Shown in pieces: positions 1 to 17,567 of a DNA stretch of 64,000 nucleotides (positions are counted from its first letter, which is position 1; each line of letters begins with the position of its first letter). Origin of the DNA: the human T2T-CHM13v2.0 reference genome, Homo sapiens; assembly GCA_009914755.4 (NCBI GenBank), contig CP068257.2, positions 30,112,001 through 30,176,000 of the forward strand, read 5' to 3'. Made by a program: the position numbers and the translations under genes. The notes under the pieces are model-generated. The model was not told the DNA's origin. It made no database searches and saw only the letters and a program-made list of their open reading frames with translations.

Positions 1-1055
1 TGGTAATTCTGTACCGTTACTACCTCATGATGAGAGACAGAAGTTCCATACTTAGAGCCTTTTTGTGTTCTAAGAATTCTTTGCCTGTCCTAAGATCATG
101 AGGATATCCTCTGTGTTTCTTTTAAAAGCTTTACAGTTTTAGTGCACAGATTTTAGGTCCATGGCCTATCTCAAGTAAATTTTTTTGTATGTGCGTGAGA
201 CAGGAATAAAGGTTCATTTTTTAAAAAGTTATTTCATCATCCTTTATTGAAAAGCTTTCTTCCCTCCATTGAACTGCATTGGAACTTCTGTCTAAAATTA
301 AGTGGCTACATATGTGTGGGCCTATTTCTGACCTCATTATTCTGTTCCTTTCATCACCAGTACCACACTGTCTTGATTGCTGTAACTTTATAGTAAGTTT
401 TGAAATTAGGAAGTCTTCCAACTTTGCTCTTCTTTGAGGTTATCTTGTCACAAGGACCCAAGTGGCAGTAATTTTTAAAGCTCCTCAGGTGATTCCAATG
501 TGAAGCCAAGGTTAAGAAGTACCGTCTTAGGGGCTGAGGAGTCCTAGGCTGGTCCCGCTGGGTTTGTGGTTTTGTGGTTTTGTGTTTTCAACGCATTTCC
601 TTCAGGACAGTATGTTTATAGTCTGTTTGCTTCTGAATAATTTCATGTGTAAGTAACCACATCCAAGGGCTTTGTGGAGAAATGGCCTTTAAGCCTAAGA
701 ACTCTTGGCTCCAAGCTGCTGATCATTGTGCCCTGTCCCGTCCCCTCTCCCATAGGTTCAGTGGCTATTGCATGAGATAATTTGATAGAAAAGAGTTACA
801 TGGGGAACACTGCCCTTAGTCACCTCTTTGGTGTCTAAGTGCCCAAACTCCCCTGCTTAGACAGTCACTTTCCTGCGTCCCCTTGTATTAGCTTCAACTG
901 AAGTAGAGGAAAAATTGCCTTTATTAACCCTGCCAGGCTTAAAATTATGGGACTCTCTGTTAAATTGGATTGGAGAAGAACTTCACATTTAGTAAAACTG
1001 ATTTTCCCCCCACTCACCTCTCAAACCAGGTGTCTCTAAGTTAAGATCTCCTCTT

Positions 1056-1464
<409 letters not shown>

Positions 1465-1828
1465 TCAAGAAGTGAGCAGTCCAGAGCTGGTGAGGTGATT
1501 CTGCCATCCCCAACATGTGAACTCCAGGGTGACTTTGCCATTTGTCATGATTTTCTAGCCACAGGATGGAGAAAGAGGAAGTAGAAGGCCTGCAGTTTCC
1601 ATTTTAGGATGTTACATACTTCATGTTCACTCATATCCCATTGGTCAGAGCTTGGTCACAGGGCCATGCAAGGTGCAGGGGAGGCTGGGAAAGGTATTTT
1701 TGGACCGGATGACCATGTATCTTGCTGAATCTCAGAAAACTTCTATTATTAAAGGTACTAAAGTCTGAATGGATATGGGAGGAAAATCATTAATCTTCAC
1801 CATGGCTGTCTTTTGCCAAGAGCCCAAT

Positions 1829-2183
1829 AAGGTTTGGCTGTGTCCCCACCCAAATCTCATCTTGAATTGTAGCTCCTATAATTCCCACGTACTGTGGAAG
1901 GGACCTGGTGGGAGATAATTGGATCCTGGGGGCAGGTCTTTCCCGTGCTATTCTTGTGATAGTGAATAAGTCTCACAAGATTTGATAGTTTTGTAAAGGG
2001 GAGTTTCCCTGCACAAGCTCTCTTCTCTTGTCTGCTGCCATGTGAGATGTGCCTTTCACCTTCTGCCATGATTGTGAGGCCTCCTTAGCTACGTAGAACT
2101 GTGAGTCCATTAAACCTCTTTCTCTTGTAAATTGCCCAGTCTCGGGTATGTCTTTATCAGCAGTATGAAAACAGACTAATACA
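1829..2183 (+). mobile_element. THE1-type (ERVL-MaLR) solo LTR
   Basis: GGTTTGGCTGTGTCCCCACCCAAATCTCATCTTGAATTGTAGCTCC...CCCAGTCTCGGGTATGTCTTTATCAGCAG...GACTAATACAG matches the THE1/MST LTR consensus as I recall it end to end. Confidence 0.85.
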
Positions 2184-2664
2184 GAGCTATAACAATGAAT
2201 AAAAAAATCAACATTCTGAAATTTCATACCATTCCTCCCAATAGCACAGCATGTAGAGTTGGCCACATTTTACCTAAATCTTTTGCCATCACCAAATTAC
2301 TGACCTGGAATAATTTAATCTTACTGCCTTCTATCCTACCTCTTCTGCTCAGCCAATTAATATTTTAGAGTCTATTTCTCATAGCAAACCACTTCAAAAC
2401 ATAAAATTCTGTCTCAAGTAGGAATGCTTATGGCTGCAAGTAATGACAACCTGATCAATAGCTTAAAAAGGGGTTTATTTTTCTCATTACATAAAAAGTC
2501 TAGAGTAGGTGGTTTCTGGCATTGGTTCCAATGCTGCAGCCGAGGACTAAGACTCTTTCTTTCATTCTGCTTGACTTTTCTTAACATGTTGGCTTTTTGA
2601 CTTCTTCTTTGTTATTTTGTGCTTGCAAGATGATTGCTATGGTTCCAGCCATCACATCTATTTC

Positions 2665-2974
<310 letters not shown>

Positions 2975-3067
2975 CATCGTATCTATTTCAAAGTGTGAAT
3001 CAGGAGAGAGGGTGGTATCTGCTGCGTCTGCTCCTTACTTACGTAAAGAAAGGAGGTTATTCCACCA

Positions 3068-3150
3068 AGATCATGCCATTGCATTGCAGCCTGGGCAACA
3101 GAGCGAGACTCTGTCTCAAAAAAACTAAACTAAACTAAAATAATAAAAAT
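3068..3150 (+). mobile_element. Alu 3'-terminal fragment with (AAACT)n-like tail
   Basis: GATCATGCCATTGCATTGCAGCCTGGGCAACAGAGCGAGACTCTGTCTCAAAAAAACTAAACTAAACTAAAA. Confidence 0.8.
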
Positions 3151-4764
3151 TTAAAAATTAGAAAAGAGGCTATTCCAGAAATGTCTCCCCACAGGTCTCC
3201 TTACCTCCTTATTGACCAGAAATGAGCCATGTGCTCATTCCTAAACCAATGGAAAGAAGAAAGGGATTGGATGAACACCAGTCAGGATTCATCTGCTAGG
3301 GCTAGAATATGAGCAACTTTCCTTTAGAACAAGGGATCTTTGCCTTCTATCTGAACAAGTAAGTTCTATTAGCAAGGGAGAACAGGGAAGAAGGAAGCTA
3401 AGGTATGGCTAATGAGTGAGAACAAAGACTAACGGCCACACAGACAGGACACTGTGAGTGTGAGTGTGGGCTGTGTGATTGTGTAAGCACGCAGGAAGTA
3501 TGGAAGGATGTATACTTGGTTGTCAGCACATGCCACATCACAGTGGGAAAGGGGGCATGGATACAGGTGAAGGTGGGAGGGGAAGCAAACAAAACTGAAA
3601 AGAAAAAGTGGCCTAAAAATATGGCGATCACGTTTATGCATTTATGTCCAATTGTGTACTTATGTGAATATCTAAATAAATTTGAAAAATGTTTAAAATA
3701 ATCCTGATCCCATCCTAAATACAGGTAGTTTTTTGCATTATGTCAGCACCCTGGCTGAGCCCCTGCATTCAAGCAAAAAAACTAAATCAATGAATGATGA
3801 GTACATGAATAAATGAATAAGTCCATAGCAGCCACAGTAGATATCCCATTGTCCACGGATTAAGATCGTTCATGCCACCAGCTAGAGGGACAGCCACTCT
3901 GCACTCACTCCCTAGCATAGTTATCTAGTGCAATTCTAACATCTTGAATCTTCTTCTTTTTGTTTTAAAGTCCCAGCATATGAAAAGTAGAAAAATAGTT
4001 AAGGAGGCTACTAGAGATAGGGAAACTGACAGCAACTAGAGGTAACAGCTGACATGTTGACAGTGAAGAAGACAGCCATCTATAGGAAGCAGACACAAGA
4101 ACACACAAAGAACATACACAAGAACACACACGATCTATAGACAGCAATCTATAGGAAGCAGACGAAAGAACACACAAAGACAACACTGTCAGGCCATTTT
4201 GTTTAGGAGGAACTTGTTCCAGGCACCTCCATAACCCCCGGTGGCACTGGTTTTACAGCAAGTCACAACAAGGCTGCTATACACATCAGGCCCCAGTGAA
4301 TGAGGAATGGGAGAGTATGCGCCACATTCTCTGTTTAAGAAGGCAAGGCGGTGTGTGATAGAACAGAGGACAAGGGCTATGCCCAGTTCATCCTTGTGAC
4401 TTTCAAGGCACAACTTTCAGCTCTCAGCTGGATGCCACATCTGGACTCCGCAGCCTTCTCAAGCTCAGCACATTTTAAACTCTTCCTGCGTCATTTCCAA
4501 CTGAGGTGCCAAGTTGTCATTGGCTACCAAAGCTATAGGCAAATCCATGTATTGAGATTTTCAAGGGCAATGTCTGAAAAAGTGTTTCTCAGCAATTCCT
4601 CATCCTTCCCTACTTGGAGATAATAAACATGATCAGGGTGCAGAGAGAGAGAATTTGGGATAAGGAGATTGGTAGTGAGAGTTTTGGGGGAAAGGAGTTG
4701 ACCGTTTCAGGCTTCTAACCCCCCTCTATTTGGGGTGAGAGGCCAGCAAGCTTTTGTCCTGTGA

Positions 4765-5160
<396 letters not shown>

Positions 5161-5634
5161 TCTCGCTGTTTTCAAGTATCAGTGGGAAGCTTGTGACAGA
5201 GGCTGAAGCCCATAAAGCCTAAAATATTTGCTGCCTGGCTCTTTCCAGAAAAAGTTTGCCATCCCTGATTGTAACCTCATGCCTCATGAGGAAGACCACA
5301 GGGGTCCCCAGGAGAGTTTTAAGATATGTCCCTGCTAGGTGGGCAACATAAAGGATGAGTACCTAGACTGTATCTAAGGCGGCCATGGGCTAGGCTCTGA
5401 CTCTCCCAAGGGGGAGAGAAGGGTGAAGACCTGCTTTGGTGGCATACCCCGTGCTATGACACTGGGATAGGAGGTGACGCTGAGTGTTTCCCAAGGACCA
5501 CACTCAGGATTGAGTGGGAGAGAGAGCAGCCACCTGGAGACCTCAGCAGATAGAGGCTGGAGTGGATCAACTCCTGCCCAGGGATTAAAGACATCACAAG
5601 AGACCACCCAGAATAGGTGCATTCTTTGCAGTCA

Positions 5635-6907
<1,273 letters not shown>

Positions 6908-7358
6908 CATTCTAACATTCTAACTACTAAATTGAAACTGTTTGTGACCTAATATGACTCATCTGTTCCAAGGAATGAGTGGAAAAGGTTTGGGACCTGC
7001 CAGAGTTTCCCAGCTCATGAGAAGGCCACCTCCACTAGGGAGAGCTTAGGGGGATGATAGGAACACACTGAAGTAAGGTTTGGTTTCTGGCATGACTCAT
7101 GCTTGTTCAACATGCTGGATCCAATAACATATAGAATGAGTGTCCCTAATCCCCAAATCCAAAATATGAAATGCTCCAAAATGTACTAGTTTTTGAGAAC
7201 TGATGTGACATCACAAGTGCAAAATTTCTCATTTGACCTCATGTGAAGGGGTGGCAGGCAAAACACAGTCGAAACTCTGTTTCATGCACAAAATTGTTTA
7301 AAATATTGTATAAAATTTCCTTCAGGCTGCGTGCATAAGGTGTATATGAAACATAAAT

Positions 7359-7680
7359 GGCCAGGGGTGGTGGCTCACGCCTATAATCCCAGCACTTTAG
7401 GAGGCCGAGGTGGGTGGGTCACCTGAGGTCAGGAGTTTGAGACCAGCCTGGCCAACATGGCAAAACTCCGTCTCTACTAAAAATGCAAAAATTCGCCAGG
7501 CGTGGTGGCACATGCCTGTAATCCCAGCTACTTGAGAGGCTGAGGCACAAGAATCGCTTGAACCCAGGATGGGGAGGTTGTAGTGAGCCGAGATTGCGCC
7601 ACTGCACTCCAGAGTGCACTGCAACAGAGTGAGACTCTGTCTCAAAAAAAAAAAAAAAAAAGCAAACAAACAAACAAAAA
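7359..7680 (+). mobile_element. Alu SINE
   Basis: GGCCAGGGGTGGTGGCTCACGCCTATAATCCCAGC ... GAGACTCTGTCTCAAAAAAAAAAAAAAAAAAGCAAACAAACAAACAAAAAA; downstream AAAAAACCGTAAATGA occurs twice (7676-7713). Confidence 0.93.
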
Positions 7681-8209
7681 ACCGTAAATGAAACAAACAA
7701 AAAACCGTAAATGAATTTTGTGTTTAGACTTGAGTTTCAACCCCAAGGTATGTATGTGCAAATATTCCAAAAAGTGAAAACATCTGAAATCTGAGACATT
7801 TCTGGTCCCAGGTATTTCACACAAGAGATATTCAACCTGTATTATTAAGCACATGCTGGACATCATGCTAAGCCCTTTTCATGCATTACACATGAAACCT
7901 CCCAACCAGCCTCTACTGTTAAGCCAATTTCACAGAAGAGGAACCGAAGCAAAGGAAAGATAGGCTATGGTCTAGAGGAAGCTTGTCCAACGCACAGCCT
8001 GTAGGCTGCATGTGGCCCAGGACAGCTTTGAATGCAGCCCAACACAAATTTGCAAACTTTCTTAAAACATTATGAGTTTTTTGTTTGTTTTTTGTTCCTG
8101 TTTTAGCTCATTAGCTATCATTAGTGTTAGCGTGTTTTATGTGTGGCCCAAGACATTCTTCTTCCCATGTAGCCCAGGGGAACCAAAAGATTGGACAACC
8201 TTGGTCTAG

Positions 8210-8300
8210 AGCCTCATTATTAAGTGGTGGAGATGAGATTCGAACCCAGGCAACCCAGGACCAGCCTGAGTTCTCAATCGCTATGTCATGCTGACTGGAA
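8210..8300 (-). mobile_element. MIR SINE core fragment
   Basis: GGAGATGAGATTCGAACCCAGGCAACCCAGGACCAGCCTGAGTTCTCAATCGCTATGTCATGCTG is approximately the reverse complement of the MIR core (..CTATACTGCCTC..GGGTTCGAATCCC..). Confidence 0.6.
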
Positions 8301-8547
8301 GCACAGCAACCCAAGCCTTGGTTCTCAAAAGGTTTGTTATTGGCTGAGAGGTCTTGACTTCCCCTAGAATCCCAGGGTTGCTGACTTTGTTTCTCCCGTC
8401 AGAGCCTGCCACAGACTCCTTATTGGATCCGAGTTGGCCAGAGACCCTTCAGACCTCATTGAATCAGCTGGGTCACAAGTGCCAAGTTGCTCGCAGTGCA
8501 GCCTGGACCGGCTCTGGAACTTCTCATTGTCAAAGCTAAGAGTCAAT

Positions 8548-8566
8548 TGAGTCACCCACTGAGTCA
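8548..8566. promoter_or_regulatory. tandem TGAGTCA (AP-1/TRE, MARE-like) motifs spaced 5 bp apart
   Basis: AATTGAGTCACCCACTGAGTCAGATGG; two perfect TGAGTCA heptamers, an arrangement reminiscent of tandem NF-E2/AP-1 enhancer sites. Motif-only evidence. Confidence 0.25.
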
Positions 8567-9784
8567 GATGGCATACTCAAATGTATTGCACAAGTCTAAA
8601 ATCCTGTGTAGGCCCACAAACATTGCACCTGAGTCCTAGTGATAGGGCATACCAGGCACAGCAACTTGCTTTTCATTTTGGAGAAAGAGCCCTAGTCCCC
8701 CAGATCATTGAACACCTTCCCCCACCTCTGCTCCAAATCCACTGTCCCAAATCTTCTGTAGCTTTGGGAGATTTCTCTTCTACCCATTGTTGTGAATTTT
8801 TTTACCCAGGCATCCTTGGTGTCTGCTACTTCAGCTCCCTAGATTCTATCAACTTGATGTCCCTTGAGATGGTTCAGGTTCCCACAGACCAAACTTAAGC
8901 CCAGCACCAGAGAGGTAACAATACTGAGGTAAGTAAGGAAAAGATGTACTATTGTCCTTGCCAGGTACAACAAACAAATGAACGAACAAATGAATGAACA
9001 ACTAACCTGCTTCTGCTTCTAGTGTGTGTCATAATAGAGAAATATTTGGCAAATCCACGGATGCATACCAAGTGCCAGAGTCTCTGTATATCTGTTTTGG
9101 TCAAATGAAGCCACCTGGAACAGCACATGTAACTGATTAAGTTTATGATAATGCACTGTCATTCCCCAAGCCCCATCTGGTTTTCTTCACTAGTCAAACT
9201 AGAGAGTTAAAAGGGAATGTGATAGCAATCATCACCTCTGGATCTTTCATGTCTATTAATCTCTGAAATTCTCCGAGGGATATGGTATCACTTGTGATGT
9301 GCCATTTTGTACATGAAGAGCCCTTTGAGTTTACACTTGGCCATTTGAGCCAATGTGGGGATTTGCTATTGGTACATGTATATGTTCCACTTATACCCCT
9401 ATGAGCCAGGGAAATAAAGACAGATTTGGGGACTCTTTGGGCCTAGTGACAAACTTAAAACTTAGTTTCTTACCTAACTCACCATAAATCCCTTCTCTGA
9501 CTGGTGGGCAACAGTGGTATTCCAGGTCCATAGGAATTAGCATTAGTAATGGATGCAGTTTTCAATAATCCTTCAAAGATCTAGGTTTTCTGTTTCTCTA
9601 GTACACATTTGCCTTGATTAATGGTGGCAGTGATTTTGGGGGCAGATGAGGATGAAGATTTACAGCAGAGATGTCCAATCTTTTGACTTCCTTGGGTCAC
9701 GTTGGAAGAAGAAGAATTGTCTTGGGCCATGCATAAAATACACTTAACACTAACAATAGCTGATGAGCTAAAAAAAAAAAAAAC

Positions 9785-9804
9785 ATATATATATATATAT
9801 ATAT
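9785..9804. repeat. (TA)n microsatellite
   Basis: ATATATATATATATATATAT following an A11 run. Confidence 0.9.
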
Positions 9805-10887
9805 CATAATGTTTTAAGAAAGTTTAAGAATTTGTGTTGGGCAGCATTCAAGGCCAACCTGGGCCACATGGGGCCCACTGGTCTCAGGTTGCAAAGGCTT
9901 AATTTAGAGTATGTATCTGTGATCTTATTGTAACATTCTTCATCAAGAATACCTGGTCTGTTTTCATTCAAGAGCCTCTGGGTCTGTGATACAATTCAGG
10001 TCTTGAATTGAGAATGTCTATCCCAGAGGCTCGATCCATGCCTCTTGTTAATCAGGTCTGAGTGGGCTCCTTAATGCTCTTGGTCCTAGAAATTCCTTGG
10101 TCAATTAGCATGGTGAAAGACCCCTGCTAGGCAGAGCAGTTGGATTCTATTCTGGCCCTACTTCCTTGTGCACTAGGGGGTGGTTTGGGGATAGGCTGGG
10201 GAAATAAATACTGATTTGTATTTGCTATCTGGAGGTGGTTTGGGGATGGTGGTGGTTTCTAGTTAGCCAAGTGTAGGTCACTTATCCATAGCCTTGCAAC
10301 AGAAGAGCCTGGGGAGTTGTGAAACAGGGATTTTCAGTTTCAACTGCCGGAAATAGTCTGCCTTTCAGCAGAATTTATAATCTGGGGAAATAAATTCAGA
10401 TTTTCATTGTAAACATAGGAAGAAGGTTCAGAGGTTGCTCAGCCAAAAATGATGACAAATGCTTTTCCACAATTCATCTCACCTTCTTCTGTCATTTAAC
10501 AACTGTAAGGTTTAGAAGATTAATCTCAGCTTCAAACGTAGTTCATGTTTTATTCAAACCAAGTTGAATAATGCAATTCTCTTTGCCAGTGACTTATTCA
10601 GAAAATCAGACCTAAGCTAGTTAGGCACATGGCATGCCTCTGACCTCGGGGGTTGGTTCAGGAGCTCAGGAGTAGGCATCTGACACACTTTGGTCTAATG
10701 AGATGCAAGATGACATGTTCTGGGAGATTCTGGGGAAAAGTTTCTCATGTTCCAGAGAGCCAGAGAAAGACAATAGTATCTTCTGTACTTGATCCCTGCA
10801 GGCATCTTGATAGCAACATGGAGCTCCTGCAGGACAGCGGGCAGAGCTAAGAGAATCCTAGAGGAACTGAGCTGGATCTGCTGGGGT

Positions 10888-11215
10888 TTATTTATGTATT
10901 ATTTTATTTTATTTTTTTAGAGACAGGGTCTCACTCTGCCCAGGCTGGAGTGTAGTGGAGCAATCGTAGCTCACTGCAGCCCCAAACTCCTGGGCTCAAG
11001 CGACCCTCTGGCCTCAGTCCTTTCCGCCTCAGCCTCCGGAGGAAATGAGAGTAATGGCGCATGCCATCACACTCTGCTAATTTTTTTATTTTTAAATTTT
11101 TTGTAGAGGTAAGTTCTCGCTTTACTGCCCAGGTTGGTCTCAAACTCCTAAGCTATCCTCCTGCCTTGGCTTCCCAAAGTGAGGGGATTTACAGGCATGA
11201 GCCACCCCACCCAGA
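10888..11215 (-). mobile_element. Alu SINE (older, AluJ-like, antisense) with TSD
   Basis: Diverged Alu body (..GGAGTGTAGTGGAGCAATCGTAGCTCACTGCAGCC..); flanking direct repeats ctggatctgctgg (10872-10884) and ctggatcttctgg (11216-11228). Confidence 0.9.
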
Positions 11216-11585
11216 CTGGATCTTCTGGTTTAAACCAACCCTGAAGCCTTCCTTCAAGACTCACTAGATTTACTTCTACACATTTCCTCATTGTTTAAGC
11301 CAGTTTGAGTTGGATTTTCTGGTATTTGTGATCGAAAGCATCCTAATTTGATTCCATATAAAATCGTCTGTGTTTACAGCTCCTAGTGGCATCTTCCAGA
11401 ACTGGTATTCCTTTATAATAATCACTACTGTCCTGACAGATGGGAGTGGCTGGAATCTGGACTAAAATGGCAATATAACAAATGTAAATTTTGATATGAA
11501 AGGAAATAAATATCGATTAAATGAAATAACGATTAAAATGTATAGTTTGTATAATAAAAGAAATAAGTTTTAGTTACCCAAATTT

Positions 11586-11890
11586 TTCTTTTTCTTTTTC
11601 TTTTTTTGAGATAGAGTCTTACTCTGTCACCCAGGCTGGAGTGCAGTGGCTCGATCTTGGCTCACTACAACCTCCCACCTCCTGGGTTCAAGAGATTCTC
11701 CTGCCTCAGCCTCCTGAGTAGCTGGGATTACAAGCGCCCGCCATCACGCCCGGCAAATTTTTGTATTTTTAGTAGAGATGGGGTTTCACCATGTTGACCA
11801 GCCTGGTCTCGAACTCCTGACCTCAGGTAATCTGCCCACCTTGGCATCCCAAAGTGCTGGGATTACAGGCATGAACCACTGCTTCCGGCC
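11586..11890 (-). mobile_element. Alu SINE (antisense) with TSD
   Basis: GAGATAGAGTCTTACTCTGTCACCCAGGCTGGAGTGCAGTGGCTCGATC ... CACTGCTTCCGGCC; TSD cccaaattttt on both sides. Confidence 0.95.
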
Positions 11891-12271
11891 CCCAAATTTT
11901 TTAACATACGGACCATTCAATTCCATATAATACAAATAAATGAGGCACCATTAAGTGTTTAGAAAATACTTATACAAGTAAAATTATAAGCCTATTTTCG
12001 TCTCTCTCCACCCTTCCCCTCCCATTGAGCTGCTTCGTTATTCTGAGGCATTGCAAGTCAGGGGAGCTGGTTTGTGATATGTCCTTAGGCAGGTGAATCT
12101 GCTTTTCTCAATCTTAGGCTTCTAGTCTGCAAAACAATTTCTGTTAGTATCAGATTAGTTCATATGTGTGAAAAATCATCATAAAGGCCAGTGCAGAGAA
12201 GAGGCAGGTATTATTCTGGGTTCTGGAGGGATGAGATAGTCACACTGATCATTAATGAATTTTAGTTCTCA

Positions 12272-12643
<372 letters not shown>

Positions 12644-12934
12644 TCAATTGGTGTATATCTTCATCTCCCATGGCATCATAATTAGTATTCCACATATATT
12701 TGATAGACAACTGAGTATTAATAACTAACAGTTTATGAGAGTGAGCAGAAGTAACAGAGTACTTTCAAATACGTAATCACATTTGAGATATGCAGGAACT
12801 CTGTAGTTGGGAAAGAGGGCAGTGTTATGATCACAACTTTGTGTCTCAATTTGTATGGCTAGTTCGTGTTAGAAGCAGAATTTTAATCCTGTCTTCTGAT
12901 AATATTTCTATGAGAGTCTAATTTCACATTTGTG

Positions 12935-13212
12935 TTTTTCCCTGACTACTAGCTTTGTGACCTTGGACAAGTTACTTAGCCTCTTCATGCCTTGGTTTTC
13001 TTATCTGTAAAATGGGGATAATAATAGCATAGGGTTTTTTGAGAATTAAATGAGCAAAGAGTTTGGACTAGAACTTTGCACTTAGTAAGCACTATGAAAG
13101 TGTTTTTAAATAATATATAAATATTTGAGAATTAAATGAGCAGTGTTTGGACTAGAACTTTGCACTTAGTAAGCACCACGAAAGTGTTTTTAAATAATAT
13201 ATAAATATTTTT
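12935..13212 (+). mobile_element. MIR SINE 3' portion carrying an 86-bp tandem duplication
   Basis: CTAGCTTTGTGACCTTGGACAAGTTACTTAGCCTCTTCATGCCTTGGTTTTCTTATCTGTAAAATGGGGATAATAATAGC.. matches the MIR core/3' region. Unit GAGAATTAAATGAGCA..TTAGTAAGCAC..AAAGTGTTTTTAAATAATATATAAATATTT is present twice (13041-13126, 13127-13212). Confidence 0.8.
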
Positions 13213-13544
13213 TTCTTCCCCTGCTACTACATCATCACCATGGTTAATTCCCATCTTCAAGTATTTCTCCTCAAATACTTGTGTCATCTTGATCTAGTTG
13301 GTTTTTGCCTACTATGCATGAAATAATGTTTTACATTACAGTGTGTTGTTACTTTTCACACAGGGATTTAGATCAGGGTTGGCAGAATTATGGCCAAATC
13401 CAGCCCACCATCTGCTTTCATAAATAAAGTTTTATTGGAACCCAGCCACTGCCATCATTTACATATTTTCATATGCTATGATTGGCAGAGTTGTGTAGTT
13501 ACAGCAAAGAACGTATGGCCTGCAAAGCCTAAAATATTATCTAG

Positions 13545-14192
<648 letters not shown>

Positions 14193-15487
14193 CCTAAGAT
14201 ACATATTTTTTAGAGAAATACTTGGAGTTTTAAGGTCTTCAAGAGAAAAGAAATTGTACACTTAAAAAAATTCAAAGACAATAAATATTTCCTTTCTTGT
14301 TCCTACTGAATAACAAAGGACAAATATAGATGATTCCCTGCAAAACTATTCACTTACCTTACCTACATCACAGACAAGGGGCAATTAATATTATCATTAT
14401 TAATCTGTTACTATTATAACAATTGCAAATTGCTCTTGCCCAGCCCCATGCCTGCCAAGAAGCTTATGGATTTGCCTCTTTTAAAGAGGCTCATTTCCCT
14501 CCTCAAACATGACTTACAATTAGAGACTGTCCCTTGCGATCAAAGGAGTGATTTATTTCCCCCTGAGATCAGATCAAAGCCAGTTTTGGAGCGCTAGGTC
14601 TTGTGCTGTCGTCCCCCCACCAGCCCCCATCACCTCACAGATACTTCCTAGAGGAGAGCAGTTTCTTCTAAGTTTGATCCTGGGTTATACCAGGCAGATT
14701 TCTACATTGTCATGACTGCAAGTCACCCCCCTTAATCTTGGATATTTGTCTCCTAAGTTGATGAGAAATTCCAGGAGAAGAATTGGGATGGACCAGACCC
14801 AATCCATTATGATTTCTTCCCTGGGAAAACATTTCAGAGCACATGACAAGCCCCGCTGCGTAAACAGGACTAGATCAAATGCCTGGCATGGGACTGTATC
14901 ATTGTATATTTCTACTGTTCTGATGTTTTATGTTTTAAAGTGATCTATGACACAGTGGCTACCTCAGTTCTGTCCCATCTAGTTCTTGCAGTGGAATTGC
15001 TTTTTCTCAGGGCCTCTGCCTATACAGATCACTTTGAGCAATTTGTCTTTAAAGCTTCTTGAAATGATCCTAATATTCTCCTGTAATTCTCACTGCTCTA
15101 AGAATCTGTCTCCTCTAGACATAATTCCTATCATTTTATAATGCAATGATATTGCTTAATAAATCCTTAATGTATGTTACTATTCAGATTGACAGATTGT
15201 ATACTTATTATGTATGACATTTTCATTGACTTCTTTTGCGAAGTGACATTATTGCCATCCCAGCCTGGGAAAGATTTAATACCTGATTCTTCCTCCGTCC
15301 ATTTATCAGAGTCATTCAGAACTCCCTCCTTTTTCCCTCCCGCCTCAAAGTATAAATTAAAATATTTTTCTTTCAAACATATTTCCTTGGATATTTTTCT
15401 CTAGTAATCACTTTGTTAAAGAGATATTACTACCTAAAGGACAGTCACGTTCCCAGTCCCTGTCTGCATCCTGATTTATCGAGATAG

Positions 15488-15972
<485 letters not shown>

Positions 15973-16155
15973 TCAGACATGTTTTATTATAATCTTATAC
16001 AGCCTACTTGTATTTATTTGGGTTCAGTTATAACATAGCATAATAAGAATAAAATACCTGGGTGATGAAATAATAGGTACAAAAAAATCCCTGTGACATG
16101 TGTTTACTTATGTAACTAACCTTCACATGTATCCCAAACCTAAAATAAAAGTTAA

Positions 16156-16500
16156 GGCCGGGCGAGGTGGCTCACACCTGTAATCCCAGCACTTTGGGAG
16201 GCCGAGGCGGGCAGGATAACTTGAGGTCGGGAGTTCATGACCAACCTGGTCAACATGGTGAAAGCCTGTCTCTACTAAAAATATGGAAAAAATTAGCTAG
16301 GCATGGTAGTGCACACCTGTAATCCCGGCTACTCAGGAGGCTGAGGCAGGAAATATTGCTAGAACCCAGGAGGCGGAGGCTGCAGTGAGCCGAGATGGCG
16401 CCACTGCACTCCAGCTTGAGTGACAGAGAGAGACTCCATCTCAAAAACAAACAAACAAACAAATAAATAAATAAAATAAAAGTAAAAAACCAAAAAACAA
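16156..16500 (+). mobile_element. Alu SINE with (CAAA)n/(TAAA)n tail
   Basis: GGCCGGGCGAGGTGGCTCACACCTGTAATCCCAGC ... CTCAAAAACAAACAAACAAACAAATAAATAAATAAAATAAAAG; AAATAAAAGT-type TSD. Confidence 0.93.
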
Positions 16501-17015
16501 AGCACTGGTCCTCTGAAATAAACCAGGCAAACACCATTCAATAAATACACTTGATTGATTTTGTATAGAAGGGCTAAGTTTACAACTAAACTTATATAAA
16601 AAGTTTAGCATGAATCAGTACATCATTACACCTTTTGAGGCAGAAATATACATCTTTGCCACTATACAAGAAAACTCTAAAGAGTTTACAAGGTTTCACT
16701 CAATAGATATATATTCATGTATAAATATATAAACAGCATTCAGCAGGCTTGTGTCGAAAAGGTAATTTCTGACCAAAAGACTTCATTTAAGTGACTGAAT
16801 CCTGGATCCTTCTGTTATTCATGCTCCGCTCTTGAAAAAAGGCAAAGTCTGCTCACGTTGTGCAATTCCTTGTGATTTTAACATTTTTGTTTTCATTCCC
16901 CATGGTGGGAATAGTGTATAAAGAAAACCTTCCAACTGCAGAAAGGGCATTTAAATGTCTCTTTCATAAATAACAAATATCACAGTCCAAGTCAGAGAAT
17001 ACCCTGCAAAGATGA

Positions 17016-17567
<552 letters not shown>

